Under the pieces are notes generated by a model that was given only the letters and a program-made list of their open reading frames with translations, had not been told where the DNA came from and ran no database searches. A stretch of DNA of 55,580 bases, the filler included, from Platydemus manokwari (Eukaryota): NCBI GenBank assembly GCA_037951405.1. It is 5 parts of 5 records of this genome, joined end to end, with 100 filler letters (N's around TTAATTAATTAA, not from the genome) between each part and the next. Parts side by side here need not be neighbours in the genome. Positions count along the whole stretch, not along the records: positions 1 to 10,119 come from JBBMOY011166879.1; positions 10,220 to 19,624 come from JBBMOY011254207.1; 3 more parts are not named here. One strand, 5' to 3'. The first letter of the stretch is position 1; every line of letters begins with the position of its first letter. Below are positions 1 through 14,223 of the stretch, one piece after another. A program made the position numbers and the translations under genes.

Positions 1-3000
1 AAAGGTTTGCAATTACTTACCCTAATGTATGCAATAAATTAGTCTTTTCGAAAATTATTGATTAAACTTGGTATTTTAATAAAGTCTTATAAATTTTCAT
101 GATGTTTAGTTTGTCAAGTAATAGTTATTCATTTTTTTATGGTCAAAAATAGATCAGCTGATGAATGTGATTACAAATCCTTGTAGTTCCTTGCTTTGAT
201 ATGAATCTATCAGGCAATTTTGGTTGACTAATCTTCTAGAAGATGATTTAATTATTTATATGGTTTCTTTAGGTTTATAGAGCCTATATTACTGGTTTAC
301 TGATATTTATATTACTGCTCTTTTCAAAGTCGGTTCATCGTTGTTTCAATCTTTAATTTTTAATCTTGAGGTTTCCTTATACTCAGCTTTCTACTGTCTT
401 TGGTTAGAGGCGTTTCCTTTCATTTTGATTGTGATTAGATATGTTAGGAGGCTAGTTTATAAAAATATTCTGATAATAGTCTTTTTGCCAAACGGTTTTC
501 ATACTCGATTGACAGAACATTTGATTATTATCTGATCGTTAACAGATACATCAAACAAATAATGTAATTATATCGAAATTCCTGGTTAAATTTTAAACTT
601 GATTAAATTTTAGGCTATTGTAAATAAAGTAGGAATTCATTCGGTACTAAAGGATCAATCAAATATTAAATGTGTAAAATTTGCTCAATTTTGGTTTGAT
701 TGATTAGCATTTGACTGAATCAGTTTCCATTTAAATTCAGATAATATGAACCTAATAATATTAATCAATTAAATGGGAAAAATTATATTTTGTAATAAAA
801 TATCATAAGTTTTAAAAATTAATTTTATCAATAGAAAAAATAAAAAGCAAAACAATTGTACTAATGCGAAATATGACAATCGATTATGTTGCTTACTTCA
901 CCTGGCTACTAAAATGATAAATCAATATTTAAGATTGTTTATTAAATAATGTTATACCTACAATAAAATGAACAAATGAATTGGTAAGAAAGTAATCTCG
1001 AATTAAGAATAAAATTGGAGGTATTACTTCGCTATTTTTTGTATCTACAATGAAATTGTATTTCCTTATTCTTATCTTTTACTACTTTCTTAATTAACCT
1101 ATTTAACTATTCCCAATGAGCAATTCTAAAAAGATAAAACCAATATCAACTTTGTTTTCTTTCTTCTGTACTATTTACTTCATTTAATCATTTTAGCTTA
1201 TAGTCTATATATCCACTATCTATTTACAACTATCTTTATGCCAATACGTCGAGAAAATTTTAAAATATTATTTAAGTTTCATCATCGTTAATAATTAATT
1301 TCCTGCGTCACATACTTTTGTGCTTGTGTATTGCTCATCATTTTATTAAAAGTATGTTTTTGCAAGTGAGTATTTAATTATGATTATTACAATCACGTTT
1401 CTGGTTCGAATTCCTAGAGGCTTCAGCATATTGTATAGTGACAAATTATCGTGATAAACAGACTAAAATAACAAGCGCACTTAGAAATTTATTAAGCATT
1501 TTCATGAAAACGACTTTTAACTCCCTACAATTTATTATAATTTATTATTATAATCTGATTTACACTTTATATATAATGTAAATTTACGAGAAGTCAATTA
1601 TGTTCGATCATCAAAGTGCAATTAATAACGAATATCTTTATTGAATATTTCACAAAAAGAACAAAATACGAAAATCCTATTAAGTTACAATTATGTGAAA
1701 TGAGTCAGCTAATAATGCTGAGCATCATTTTTACCATTAGGTAAAATAAAGTGATGGATAATCAATATTTCATTAACGTAATTAATTACAAAGAAATGCT
1801 GGCTATCACAATTGTCAGATTCGGAAGATCTTAAAATTGTTATATCGAATTTGTCCCCACGTTTTTGCTCTTTCACACGTCATTAATGGCGATTATATAC
1901 TGGCTGAATTATAAATTAACTGCTACTGTTTCATTAAATACAAATTGAAAGCGAATTAAGAAGTTCAATGCACAGAAGTATATTTAACCACAATATTCAG
2001 ACAAATTATATCGTCTTAATGTGTTTATATTTTAACTAATTTTATTATTTAAAAACTGTTTATCAAAACTTTAAAATCCTCACCTAGGTGATTTACAATG
2101 GGATAATTTCCAATCGAAATCTGTATTTGAATATTTTTAGTATTTATATCGAGTTTGTCTGCTGTAGTTTGTTCTAGAAGTCGAATATTGTTTTCAAAGA
2201 ACAAATGTTTGCTCGACTACTCTTTAATTGTTGATATACAATATAACACATGTCTTTATGTTTCGAAATAATGGAAGGATGAAATTAACACCAGCCCCTG
2301 TAGGTATAGTAACACTATTCCTAGATGAGTATCAATATGAATCGAAAACAATGTTGATGATTTATATCAAAGTTTCTTTAATAAAAAATTACAGAACAAA
2401 AAAATTCCGATTACAATAATAAGTGGCAGACCAGTGGTTATGAGAGTAGCAACTTTAGCAAAGGTTTGAGTGATTCACTAGATTTTGCTTGCAACAATAT
2501 TTAAGATAAATTTATATTTGTCCACTTGAATAAATTTACTAAGGCACTAAATCTGGTGTAGATACGATCGATTAAGCAATGTGAATTACTAAAATAGATA
2601 CTTAATGAAAAAAGAAATCTATCTGAGATGACTTCTTTATTAGTAATTTCGGTCTAGTATGAGTACAAGAGTCTTTCCACTGTTTGCGTCTATATGCATT
2701 GAATTGATTTTCATTTGTGTACCGAAACCTTAGGTAATATTTGCCTATTATAATGACATATGAAAGATAAATATCAATAAAATTAATATTGTAAATTTGC
2801 ACGTTATCATCAATTCAAAATCAATCATATATATTCAATTTCTACAATATGCATAAAAACGCATGAATTATTGATTTAAACACATGACATCTGATTTATG
2901 ATTGGTTGTTGTTTTCCCTTTATTTACTTTTTTCATAGGTTGGTATAATAAACATGTATGTTGTTATAGTAACTCGTGGATTACCATGACGTTACTTTAT

Positions 3001-5189
3001 TTAGGTTTTTATCGTTTATTATTTATTTAATTTATATAATTACTTGTTTGGAAAACACTTTTTACTTTCATTAATTCTGGGTAAAAAGGATTTCACTTTG
3101 TAATTAATGGGCAGTCTTTTCCAGAACTGTTAAAATCAGTACTCCAATATTGAATTCCTTAGAAGTGTCGAAGTATAGGTTGCGTGTTACTAATCGAAGA
3201 TATTCATATATAGCAATTTAATAATTGAATGAAGTCTTTAAAATTATTTGATACATACAATTATTAAACAATAACAAACAATATTATTCACAAATACTTA
3301 GTGCAGTGAGGTTCTGTGTGAAGTTTTTGCGCCTTGAAAGATTAATAACAATCAACTCTGAAGGAAAAAGGAGGTTTGAGGAGGAATGAGTTTTAAAAAC
3401 GTCAAAATTTTTCTCTGAAATTTGAAGGGATTAATTATTAGCTTTAATTTTTAGATTTAATTGCGGGCATTATTAGATCATTAATTAACATGAAATAAAA
3501 AAATTACTCATAATCGTAGTCGAAGATCGAATTTGTTAAAATCATCAAATATTTCAAAATTATATTTCTAATTTTTATGTACTTTTCTACAATTGAGTGA
3601 CTGCTTATATACTTTTCTGCGTTTTTCCTATCCGCGTTGTAATTGGTTGCTTTTATTTATGATTTATTTACTATTCAGTGATATGTTTATTTTGCGCTTT
3701 GGGCTGTCATGGTAATTTACCAATTAGTAAGTCATTTTTATACTTAATTTTAATTGTTACATTTCCTCATTTGATCGGTTTTTACATTTAATATTTGATT
3801 TTGATAATTTTGATCTATTTGATTGAGACACCTTTGATCTATTAATTTTAATATTTGTTGGTTAATTTTATTATTATTTAACATCTTTGAGTGCTCATTA
3901 TAATTTTGATTGTTTCTAACAATATTCCTGTCATTTTTTACACCGGAGTTAAGAACATTAATACATCTTATTCTTATAATCTAACTCATATTTCAATCAA
4001 CGAATAAATGAAATTTTGAATAGGTCAATTGTTCTCTAATCGGTCCTCGTTCCTTTTTTCTAAACTAATTGTATTAAATTGAATAGTGGTATTTTGGAAT
4101 AAGAAATAAGGTTAATCTTTAATGACAAGGTTCGAACTCATCTATTAGATTAATTGAAAAAAAATTTCAAACCACCTGAATCCAAAATTTTCATATTGTT
4201 TTTGACTCTTTGTATTTTTCTTTCTGATCTACCAATCATGTGTATCATTCGAGGAATTTTAAAATTTTCACTTATTTGATGTAATTTGCACTATTTTTAA
4301 ATGATGTTCAAACATTTTTATTGTTTATATATACTATTTAGAAATTAGATGGATAAATTTCTGAGTTTCTGACACTGTGAGATTTGATTGCTAGATTTTA
4401 TGACATTGATATTATGAGCTTGGTCGTGTTATAAATCCTTCTGGTATTTAATTGCGAATCTAGAATGATTATTGATTTATTTTAATAACGACAAATACTC
4501 AGAATCTAAAATATGTAAATATTTCAAAACAGATATGCAGAAACTTATACTAAAATTATATATAAAATATTAAAAATAATAATTATAATATTTTTTTAAT
4601 TTGTATTATTCGAGATCTGAGTTTCTATATTTTCTATTGAATTCGAGGCTTAAGTTGCGCTATTTCTATTATCCAAAACTTGATATTTAATAAAATAGAC
4701 TGCTTTAATAAAGATAGTATTTAATAAAGATAATATGATAATGATAATAATGATAGTGAATAAAATTTATTTTATTTTGTCAAAATTAGAAACTGAATTT
4801 AAACAGTCAAATAAAGTTTTCATTGTTACTGAATGAGCTACTGTTTTACAGAATTTGAAAAAGTGAACCTGGGTATCCCTTAATGGTGGGACACCATGAG
4901 GATATTAAAAGGAAAGTGGAACATGATTTATTTTAAGAACATAATTATTTTAAAAGTTGAGTATAAAGCTTTACCGATGACCTTGTCAAAATGAGCAACA
5001 ATCATATTGATTATTAATGTGCATTGCTTGATAAAATTAATGTTTCTACAAATATGATTTCTACTACAAGCTAATAATTTAAATGGTCTTGTTTCTCGTT
5101 GTATTCTCCTGTAAATAACAATAACTAAATAATTTAATATAATTACAGAATATAAAGAATATCATCTACATGCCTTAGCGTGCAATTAA

Positions 5190-5780
5190 ATTGTCAATGT
5201 GCGAGTTTCTTCGTGGAAGCAGTACGTTAATGTATTTATGTGTTTTCCGTGCTTTAATATGCTGATTTGCCAAAATCATGATTCAGAGAAAAGTTTTTGT
5301 AGCTATTTTATTCTTCGATGGTGCTTTGTGTTTCAAAACTTAGTTGTCTCTTTCTTTTGGTTTAATTCTGAAGAAAGCTTATTTCATTTGTGCTTTATTT
5401 GGGTTTGTTTAATTTATGATTCTTTATTTTCCTTGAATTTTAATTGCTTTTTCTTTATTAAATGTGTTTGATCTAAGAATTTCTCGATTACTTATTCATT
5501 TACAACGGTTTATTGATTTGGGTTTTATTGATTCTCTTTTTAGTTTATGTTTATGTTGTCCTTTTTCCAATCTTTATTCTCTATTGATTTCGTTTTTTTT
5601 TGTTCATTTTATTGGGATTTAAAATGTTTGCTTAATATTGATTATTTCTGGATTGTTTGTCCTTTATGCTTGGAAAATGTATTGGTTTCTGGAGGATTTG
5701 ATTTAAAGTTTTTTAATTGATCTTTATTAGTTGTATTCCAATTTATATTTTTTTTAATCGGTATTGCTTGATTTACCTGA
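5190..5780 (-). mobile_element. Degenerate LINE relic (linker between APE endonuclease and RT)
   Basis: Minus-strand K/N-rich frame with many stops, reading INWNTTNKDQLKNFK...KHK*NKLSSELNQKKETTKF*N, which resembles the 'NW...F' and 'W..F...LN.....FW' tether motifs of APE-type LINEs. Motif-level only. Confidence 0.3.
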
Positions 5781-5879
5781 GATATGGATAAAGTAATTAC
5801 ACCAATATCTAACTTTTAGCAATGCTGAAGAATAGGTTACCTGTTAATATATGATATGATAATGATATAATAAATAGAG

Positions 5880-6110
5880 CAATTGAAGTCACTAATCATT
5901 GTACATAAAAAGTGCAAATCTCTTATTGCAGTTAAATTAATGTGGTGAAGCTGCAGTGCCCCGAAGATTGTTTAATAACCAGTATTAGGAACTAATGCCA
6001 CCTAAGCCTTTAGGAAAAAGAAGATCGGAGGAGAATTAATTTTTTAAGAGAACTGTCTAGTGTTATATGCAAGCTTTAACTGCATTAGTTTGTCGACAAT
6101 AATCCCTCGA
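5880..6110 (-). mobile_element. Short relic of an RLE-type non-LTR retrotransposon
   Basis: Minus-strand LLFPKGLGGISS and FNCNKRFALFM resemble FLYICRKLGGLGL and LLNSYDSVFASF of the element at 30438-30839. Confidence 0.3.
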
Positions 6111-9100
6111 GGCAATTACTGCAAAATTAAATGAATTAAAGTACTGATTATAATTATAATTGTGTTTATAAATTTCGATTTTGGATTTGTTATGCTATAA
6201 TTGTATTAATCAGTTTCAGATACCTGATGTAAATATTAAAATTTTATTTTAATATGAAATTAATTGGAATTGTTTGACTCTTTTTTTCAGTACTACTACT
6301 TGTATAATTTATATTCATCGTAGCTCATTATTATTTATTTCAAAGTTATTGGTATTTATTTACTTTTCTCTTAATCAATAATGAAGATTTCTTTACTTAT
6401 TTTATTCTCCATTCTCCGTTTGCAGTTTAGTAATTACTAGTATCATTGTTGATTTATTTTTCCTATAAACAATTAGTTCCTAATTTTATTGAATTTATTT
6501 ATCATTCAGTTTATAAATGATTTTAATGCATTGGTTAATTTTTTTATGAAAAATTTGGATTGCAGACTTTAATAACTATATGTTCATTACTGTAAATTTT
6601 AATTATTTTATGAATGATTATTACATTATCACAATATATTAAAAGTGGGACAATTATCATAGAAAGAGGAATCGGTATCCTAGAGATTTAGGACGTAACC
6701 TGTGGTAAAATACAAAGCTGCTTCAGTAAGAAATCACAAACAATGGAAGAAATTGAGGCAGCAAATTCTCATTCTATTACTAATAACATTGAATAATATT
6801 TTGAAGCTTTGCGAATAAAATGTGGTTTAGTATTATTTGCTGAAACATCTGTTTCGTTCTGAAACATTTGTTCCGTTCAAATACTCTCTCGTATTCTCAA
6901 CTCTAAGGAAGTCATGCGAATAGTAAAGTTTATGGCACGAATAAGGCAGCTCCTACGCTTTTATCTTGTATTATAGTTCTCGATAATTCACTCTAGCCTG
7001 TGATTTCTTTCACTTTGATTGTTCTAATTTACGTAAACTTTTAATAGTTAAGAGTCTCTGTCTTCATTTATATTTTATTTCAGTGTTCCAACAAATGCCC
7101 CAGTCAACAATCAAAAATAATTTATTGTAAATTTAACAAATTGTTTTTTATCATAGTCTGTATGTTAGAATTTGATACCTACAACTATTGACTCGTTTAA
7201 TGATCAATTTATTGACAATTGACAAAAATTAACGATATGATTTGTGTATTTTTATTTTTGACATATAACAGTAGAATATTATATAGATGTATAAATGCAT
7301 AAACGGTTAAGGAAAATATAATTTTTATAGAAATAGTAATTTTTATTTTGCCTCTTGTTTTATTTGGAAGATTGAATTTTTATTTTGATATAAAATTGTA
7401 TCGATTTTATATGTATAATTATTAATGGGAAATTAACTTCAAAGGAAAATAGCGCTATTAAATTAACCAGTGCAATAAAATCTAGCATTAATAAATCCCC
7501 ATTAGAAATAAAGATTTCCCCAAAATAAACAATTAACCGCCTTTTAAAAATAAGTGGATTGATTTTAAATCACATTGAAAGTTCAAACACAGAAAATTTA
7601 CCGTAGATTAAAATTAAATGCGTAGGAGTTTTTGAAGATTTTCCTACCAATAATGACTAAATCAGTAATTCGGTACTGGCAGAGAATGTCAATAGTCATT
7701 GGTTTAGTTGTTTGAAAGTCATTATTTAGTTGTTGAAGCTCCTGTATTTCTGACACAGTGCCGATCTATATCCAGTATTGCTGGATGATATTAAATTATT
7801 TTTTAGTTATAAAATTTATCTTATAAACGTACCTTTCTTATATAATCAACATCCTTGTAACTGGATTAATCTCCGATAACGCAAAGAATAAAGGAGTCAT
7901 AGATATTTTCTTTGAAGAAACGATCTCCACTTTATAGTGTAAAAATAATATTCATATTTCCTATATTGTTTTTGTTTTATACTTATAATATATTTTATTA
8001 TTAATTTCAATTCTTTTACTTGCGAAATAACATCATCATATTTTGTTCATTTTATTGTCACTTTTGGTACTATAATTGATAAAAACCTATTGTCATTTTT
8101 GACATTTTATCACTATTAAAAACCTAGTTGTCAATATTGACATATTACGTAACGATCATTTTCTTACTAACGTACCATGTCTGCTAATTATTATTTCTGT
8201 CAGGATATTATAGCCTCCCTCTTTCGGATAGAGGACGGACGAGATCAGGAGTACTGGACCTCTCGAGCCTCAATTCTCAATAAAAATCAAATAAATTTGG
8301 CCTTTCTATTGCCCCCTTATAACTTTTCTCATACTGGATCAAATAATATGAATGAACTTTATCATTTTAGAAATATTTCTTTCCCAGACGCGTCAAAAGG
8401 CTTCTTCTCGAGAATGACTACAGAATATCTCGCTTATCTAAATCGACCTCTTGTTAATATTGTTCATTCTGCAAATAACCCCTGGTCTGTTCATCCACCC
8501 CTTACTATGCTTGGGTGTTCGTATGTCTTTTACTGTTTAAGGCGGCATTAGTGAACACCATTACAGACCTGTGCCCTAACTTTCTTAATTATAGTTTATA
8601 TCACAATCGTGTCTTTCATCTAACTCCTTTCGGATCGCGGACCCAAAACCCCCTTATCCCCACTCTTATATACATCTTCAACAACTATTGCTTTCTGTAC
8701 CGCAAAGTTCTGTCGTATATAAAACAACTAATCAGTATCTTAATAGATTCCATGCCCGAGAAAGACAAAGCTACCAGAAAAAGCACGAATACCATGGAAA
8801 TTATCGACAACGGTCATACTATGTGTTGGGTTGTGAATGATGTTTTGTTGCTTGTGTCCAACTTACCAGCGTGAGTTCTCTATATAAGATTTTATATCAG
8901 AGTAAATAATAATCAACAAGTACAAATAAACTTTTTATTTAATTATAATAATCACAAATTACAATCGTACGTTAACTCACACTTTTAACTCAATCAAGAT
9001 TTTGTTAAACAAATTGGTGCATTTATCTCACCGAGAATGTGAGAACTTTGCTTGATTCCTTAATATTTTATTATAGTTTATGATATATACTCCAAAGGCG

Positions 9101-9553
9101 GATCCTTTAGAGTGGTTCAGATTTTAAATATTTTATTTATTTATAAATTAAGCAATTAATTGTGGTTGTTTACCTATTATCTGTATTAGCTTGCCGAATC
9201 AAATTATCTATTAAAATACTTTTCGTCCCAAATTCCTTTTCCTAGTCACTACTGATTAAAATTTCAAACCTTCAAAATTTTTAGAGTGAATTGTGGTGGG
9301 AATTCATCAACTTATATAGATGCTGAAATTCGGTACTTTGTACCAAGGATTTTTCTATCTTTTGTAAATTTTAAATCATTTTCTTACTTTAAACCCTAAT
9401 TGTTTATCATTTTTAAAGTTCTTAAACTTCAAAATTCCATTAAATTAGCTAGCCTTACAAATTTTTATTATAAAATAATGAACCTTTCAAATTAAATATT
9501 AAATTTTTTTATTTTGTTGATATTTAGGGTTCTTTGATCAACCTATAACCTAT

Positions 9554-10370
9554 ATATGTGAGTTCGTTGCTACCAGTTGAATCGCAATGTCAATCCGGTA
9601 GGTGCGTGCTCTTATATTCTTAATAATCTACTGAATAAATAAAACAATTATAACAATAAAAGTCAATGATATCAATAAGATTTATTTTCTTTTATTTAAC
9701 AATGTATAAATTTTAATGCCGTATGTTACTACAATAAAAATTCCCTTTAAAATTTGCAACCAAAATTAGTTATGCAAGCAAACAATATATCAGTTTAACA
9801 ACGCACAAATTAAAAGAAAAGTGTTCAACAAAGGAAGGCTCAGATATCGAACCTCCTTTACGTTGATGTAAGAATTCAAAAAAATATATAAATATTACAA
9901 TATAGGTAGGCCCTTCAACTACTCTACCTTTTACTTGAAAATCACACATTTTATATCACACTTTTTCACACTTGTTATACTTGTTTAATGCTAGCTTTTT
10001 GAAATGAGATAAAAAATAGTATTTTGTTTTCAATTGCATAACAACTGGAACATCTGTTGAATGAGGTACTGGGCGAAGAGCAGAAGGTAGGTTTGGATAT
10101 TCAATTTTCTGTTTACTCTNNNNNNNNNNNNNNNNNNNNNNNNNNNNNNNNNNNNNNNNNNNNTTAATTAATTAANNNNNNNNNNNNNNNNNNNNNNNNN
10201 NNNNNNNNNNNNNNNNNNNGCTTGTATTTTAACACTTGTTATAAGGGTAAATATATTTTATAGTTTGTTATTTGTTTTGAATTCTCATTTGTTTATTGAA
10301 TAATAATAATATAGGAGCACGCACCTACCGGATTGACATCGCGCTTCAACCGGTAGTCGAACTCACATAT
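9554..10370. mobile_element. DNA transposon/MITE-like element with ~60-bp terminal inverted repeats, spanning gap 1
   Basis: 9554-9612 (ATATGTGAGTTCGTTGCTACCAGTTGAATCGCAATGTCAATCCGGTAGGTGCGTGCTC) is the near-exact reverse complement of 10313-10370; both ends sit in TA context. Confidence 0.65.
10120..10219. other. Artificial contig spacer (N44-TTAATTAATTAA-N44)
   Basis: Exactly 100 nt; the central 12-mer has stops in all six frames; identical at four sites. Confidence 0.98.
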
Positions 10371-12250
10371 CTAAATTACAAAGAGAAAATCCAACACAAC
10401 GTAGCCATCAATCCAATCTTGGTACAAATGAACAACTGTCTTATTGGAGGCCTGATAATTGCAAATCATTGAATTTCATGCTTTGCCTATGCAGATGACA
10501 TAGTAATTATTGGGAAAAACTAAAATTGTCTCCAAATGATGATCAATGAAGAATTGGTGCTCGGGTTTCAACTTGGTTTCAAGTACTAACGCGACGGAAC
10601 TCATGATCTACAATGAGAAAATTCCTACAATCAGTCTAGAAGAGCACTATAGCTATCTAGGAGTGAACTTCTCTTTGAAGTTACATAATTCAACAGAAGG
10701 ACTGTTCATCGACATGGAAACTCTGATGAATTAACTGTAAAAATGCATTTTATTACCATGACCGAAATGAAGGGCCTCTGGGTTGTAACTTATGGTAGAT
10801 TGCTGCAGTTTGATGTGATGATAAGAAAATATCTGAAAAAAATCCTTGGTGTACCGAAATTTAGCTCATCTAATTACCTCTACTCAAAATCAAACGGTGG
10901 TTGCTGACTATGAAGCATGATGGAGGAGTATACAAGACAATCCATCACCCACGCGTATCATCTATTAACGAGCAATCATTAAATGATTAAGATGACGGCC
11001 ATACACTCATTGTGCAAAAGTGCTGGATTGAATAACCAAGCTGCGAAAATTGAAGAAGCATTAGATTGGGTTAATTCACATATTCCATCAAATGAAAGGA
11101 GCAAAACATGGTGGGGTAAAATAAGAGAAAGTATTAAATATGCCGCAAATAAAACATATACCACGGTTTCTTTCACTATAATCGACGGTGAGATAATGCT
11201 TAGAGTTCAATAAGGCCTTACAATCAATGGTTCCCATTACGAAAGGAGTGCCATAGTGGAACCAAAGAAAATCAAGGAAACGTCAAAACTGCTGAGACAA
11301 TGTTTCGTACGATCTCACCAATTAAACTGGACAAGTCAAATCAGAAATGGACGCTATAGTTGCTACTCAGAACCTATTAGTCCAATGTGGGCAAAAGTAG
11401 TTTTTAGTAGGCACTTCACTATTGTTGAATTCAGATTTATTCATAACGCAAGGACGGACAACCTTCTCACTTTGAATAAAAAGTACATGAGAGGAATGGC
11501 ATGCAGAAAATGTTTATATGACGTAGAATTTCAAACACACGTCTTCACCTGCTGCAAACCTTCCCACTCTTTTTTACTCTATAGACACGATAGAATCATG
11601 GACATACTGGCCAAGGAAATTGTTAACAATACGGATTACCGAGTCTTTGTAGAGAAAGAATGTCAATTTACGGAATCCAAATCAAGGGTAGATCTTCAAC
11701 TAATAAATGATCGAAAATCCACGATCGTCCTAGTTAATGTAAAATGCCCCATGAACGAACCTGCTTTAATGGCCGAAACAGCTCAAAGGAATTTAGAAAA
11801 ATACACGGACCTCCGAAATACGATAAAAAAAGCGGCCTGACTAGACTGTGGCACTGCTCACTTTTGTTGTAGAACTTCTTGGAACTTGGCAAACACAGAC
11901 GAACGATGCAGTCCTAAAGAAATTAGGAATGAACAAGAAAATGATAAATAAGATAGCTCTTGCCTGCATAAAGTCGAATACAAATGCGAGCTATTTCCAA
12001 TGGAAGTTCCGTACGGGAAAAAGGACGGTAACAAAGACAGCCTTAAAAATAGGGGAAGAAGATTTCCAAGACAACATCGACTGGATGACGGAGACAGAAT
12101 TGAACGAAATGTTGAATTGATTGTGTGATTGAACTAGCGAACTTTGATTCATGAATCGATCGAAAGAAAGAACAATGTACATCCTATATTTTAATGTATG
12201 GGTATCTCGAATATCAATGTTTATGAATAAATATTAGTAATAAACCATTT
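10371..12250 (+). mobile_element. 5'-truncated, disrupted non-LTR retrotransposon of the RLE type (R2/NeSL/Utopia-like): RT, CCHC knuckle, PD-(D/E)xK endonuclease
   Basis: In order: ISCFAYADDIVIIG (~10475-10515), YSYLGVNF, LDWVN...SKTWWGKIR, CRKCLYDVEFQTHVFTC, RHDRI, RVDLQL...IVLVNVKCP, KYTDL, TFVVELLGTW; broken by stops and frameshifts; AATAAA near 12226 and 12239. Confidence 0.9.
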
Positions 12251-13504
12251 TCATACCAGAATTTTTAATAACATCAAATGAGATGATAGATAAATAGTAT
12301 TATATATGTTGCCAAATTAATATGATGTAATGTTTATCAGTAATTACTAATCTACACATAGACAATGTGGTCATATTTATCCTGTAATTGTAAGATGTGC
12401 GATCCGTCAATTTTAAATTATTAACAAAAGACTAAGTTTAAGAAAGTATTTAATAGAGTATTTCGATGTGTAATATTCCGTTCCTATAGAAATTCCTCAC
12501 TAACACACTTCCTCAATAAACAATAGTAAAAAAAAAGTAGTAGAATTATTCCAGATTTCGTGTTAAGCACACAAGCATTGATTTTATCAGTACATTCTGT
12601 TGTATGTACTAAACACCAGTTGTCAAATAGTTCTTCAGCAAGTATTATTTTTGGAAACAAAACAAACCAATCAAATTTATTCATTCAAAAGTTACTAATT
12701 ATTATAAGTTATATCATTGAAAATATCTTGTAAAACAAAACATTTATTGTCACAATTTTAGTGCGTTGGTATTCATAATATTTGAAGAGGTAAACACTTC
12801 AAAATATGAAGTATTTTATGAATTACTAAGAATAATAACGCACGAAAAGAATTTAAAATTGAGGATGTTAAGAAATCTAAAAATAAATTCTTCTGAATTG
12901 AATAATTAATATTTAATTAAAATATTTATAATAGTTTCAGTTATTTATCTAGTATTTATTGATGTTTATTTCTTTTATTTTTTCATTTAATGACAATATA
13001 AATTAAATTTAAAATATTTGTAGTTGATAAATTGATCTTGACTGACAGTGGTGTGCTTTTCTGAAACACTATCTCATCAGGAAATTCACAAATAATTTGG
13101 AAGCTTATCGATGCTTGATATCATACTCGATTTATAATATTTAATCAATAATTGTACCAAAAAATACACACAACTAAGCTATCAGTGTAGTAAGTCCATT
13201 AAGCTGTCTAAAATTATATCTAATCATTTTCTTTTTTTAATTCGATACTTTTTTCGTGTAATTTTTTAGTACTGAGCTTCATTGTCCGTCATACTTAATG
13301 TGATTTATTGCACTGGTTAATTCCACTCGCGTTGATTTAAGTTTTTATGTTTACATAATAAAATTTCTTTTCTTCGCGTGTCAGAATAACCAAATAGTTT
13401 TCTAATATTTTAATATTAATTTATTACTAGCCAGTACTTATACTTATAATTTGAGTGAGAAAAACTAAAATATTTAATAAAATAAATTTTAAACCAATTT
13501 CAGA

Positions 13505-13919
13505 ATGCTTATTAAAGTAATTCTAATACCGAAATTCATTGCATTATCCTTAAATAAGATAAATTATAAAGTTTGCAAAGTGCTAGCAAATCATCTGGTT
13601 GTTAAGGGTTGCCAGGTAACACATACACACACTGGAATTTATCTTAAAATTCAAAAATGATTAGCGTTTGATTGATTATTAGTAACGATTGCTAATTGAG
13701 TCCATTTTTTTCCAGATAAAAGTAATGTATGAAGGTAATCGAACAAAGGAAGATTTCCAGAAATTCATAGACAGCAAAGGACAGATTGTTAACAAATCAA
13801 ATTACAATCGAATTGAAAACAGAATGACAAGAAAAACACCGCCTTATATAAAAAATGAAATCATAACCTACACAATGCCAATAGAAGATCTACAATTAAT
13901 TCTTGATGAAATTCGATAA
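13505..13919 (+). CDS. Probable PDI/thioredoxin-fold C-terminal fragment (terminal exon 13716-13919; putative upstream exon 13505-13615); possibly a pseudogene
   Basis: Pyrimidine-rich acceptor TTTTTTTCCAG then IKVMYEGNRTKEDFQKFIDSKGQ, like the PDI motif [20 protein letters not shown]; upstream CAG|GTAACA donor is phase-compatible (LANHLVVKGCQ); AATAAA follows the stop. No KDEL and no intact WCxxC found. Confidence 0.5.
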
Positions 13920-14223
13920 AAAGACAAAATGTAATTAGTTGAATAAATTATTATTAATAAATTTAAACACAAAAATATAATTTAGCAAATCATATTTGCT
14001 TATATGAAGTATTATTTTATAATAATATAAATGGGAAAAGTGATAATAATAATAATAATGATATATAAAAAATACATACTAAAGCAGTTACATATCATTG
14101 CTGACAATATGAAAAATGGTAACACCACATCACATAAAACATTATAAACAAATTCCGCTAAACAAACAAACAATTTTGCATTAATGTTAATTTTAATTTC
14201 TAAAATGAGTAGCACTTTCGGTT

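Noticed and set aside
1395-2570. tRNA/SINE-like boxes (GGTTCGAATTCC near 1403; GTGGCAGACCAGTGGTTA near 2423)
   Set aside because: No cloverleaf, and the A and B boxes are not correctly paired; at most eroded SINE heads.
8177-8874. Two overlapping ORFs in a GC-richer island, and a miR-71-like seed (TGAAAGAC, - strand, ~8611)
   Set aside because: No recognisable protein motif and no precursor hairpin; probably TE debris.
13040-13085. Hammerhead-like CTGATGA...GAAA on the - strand; a similar partial core near 37362
   Set aside because: Stems I-III do not form and core positions mismatch.
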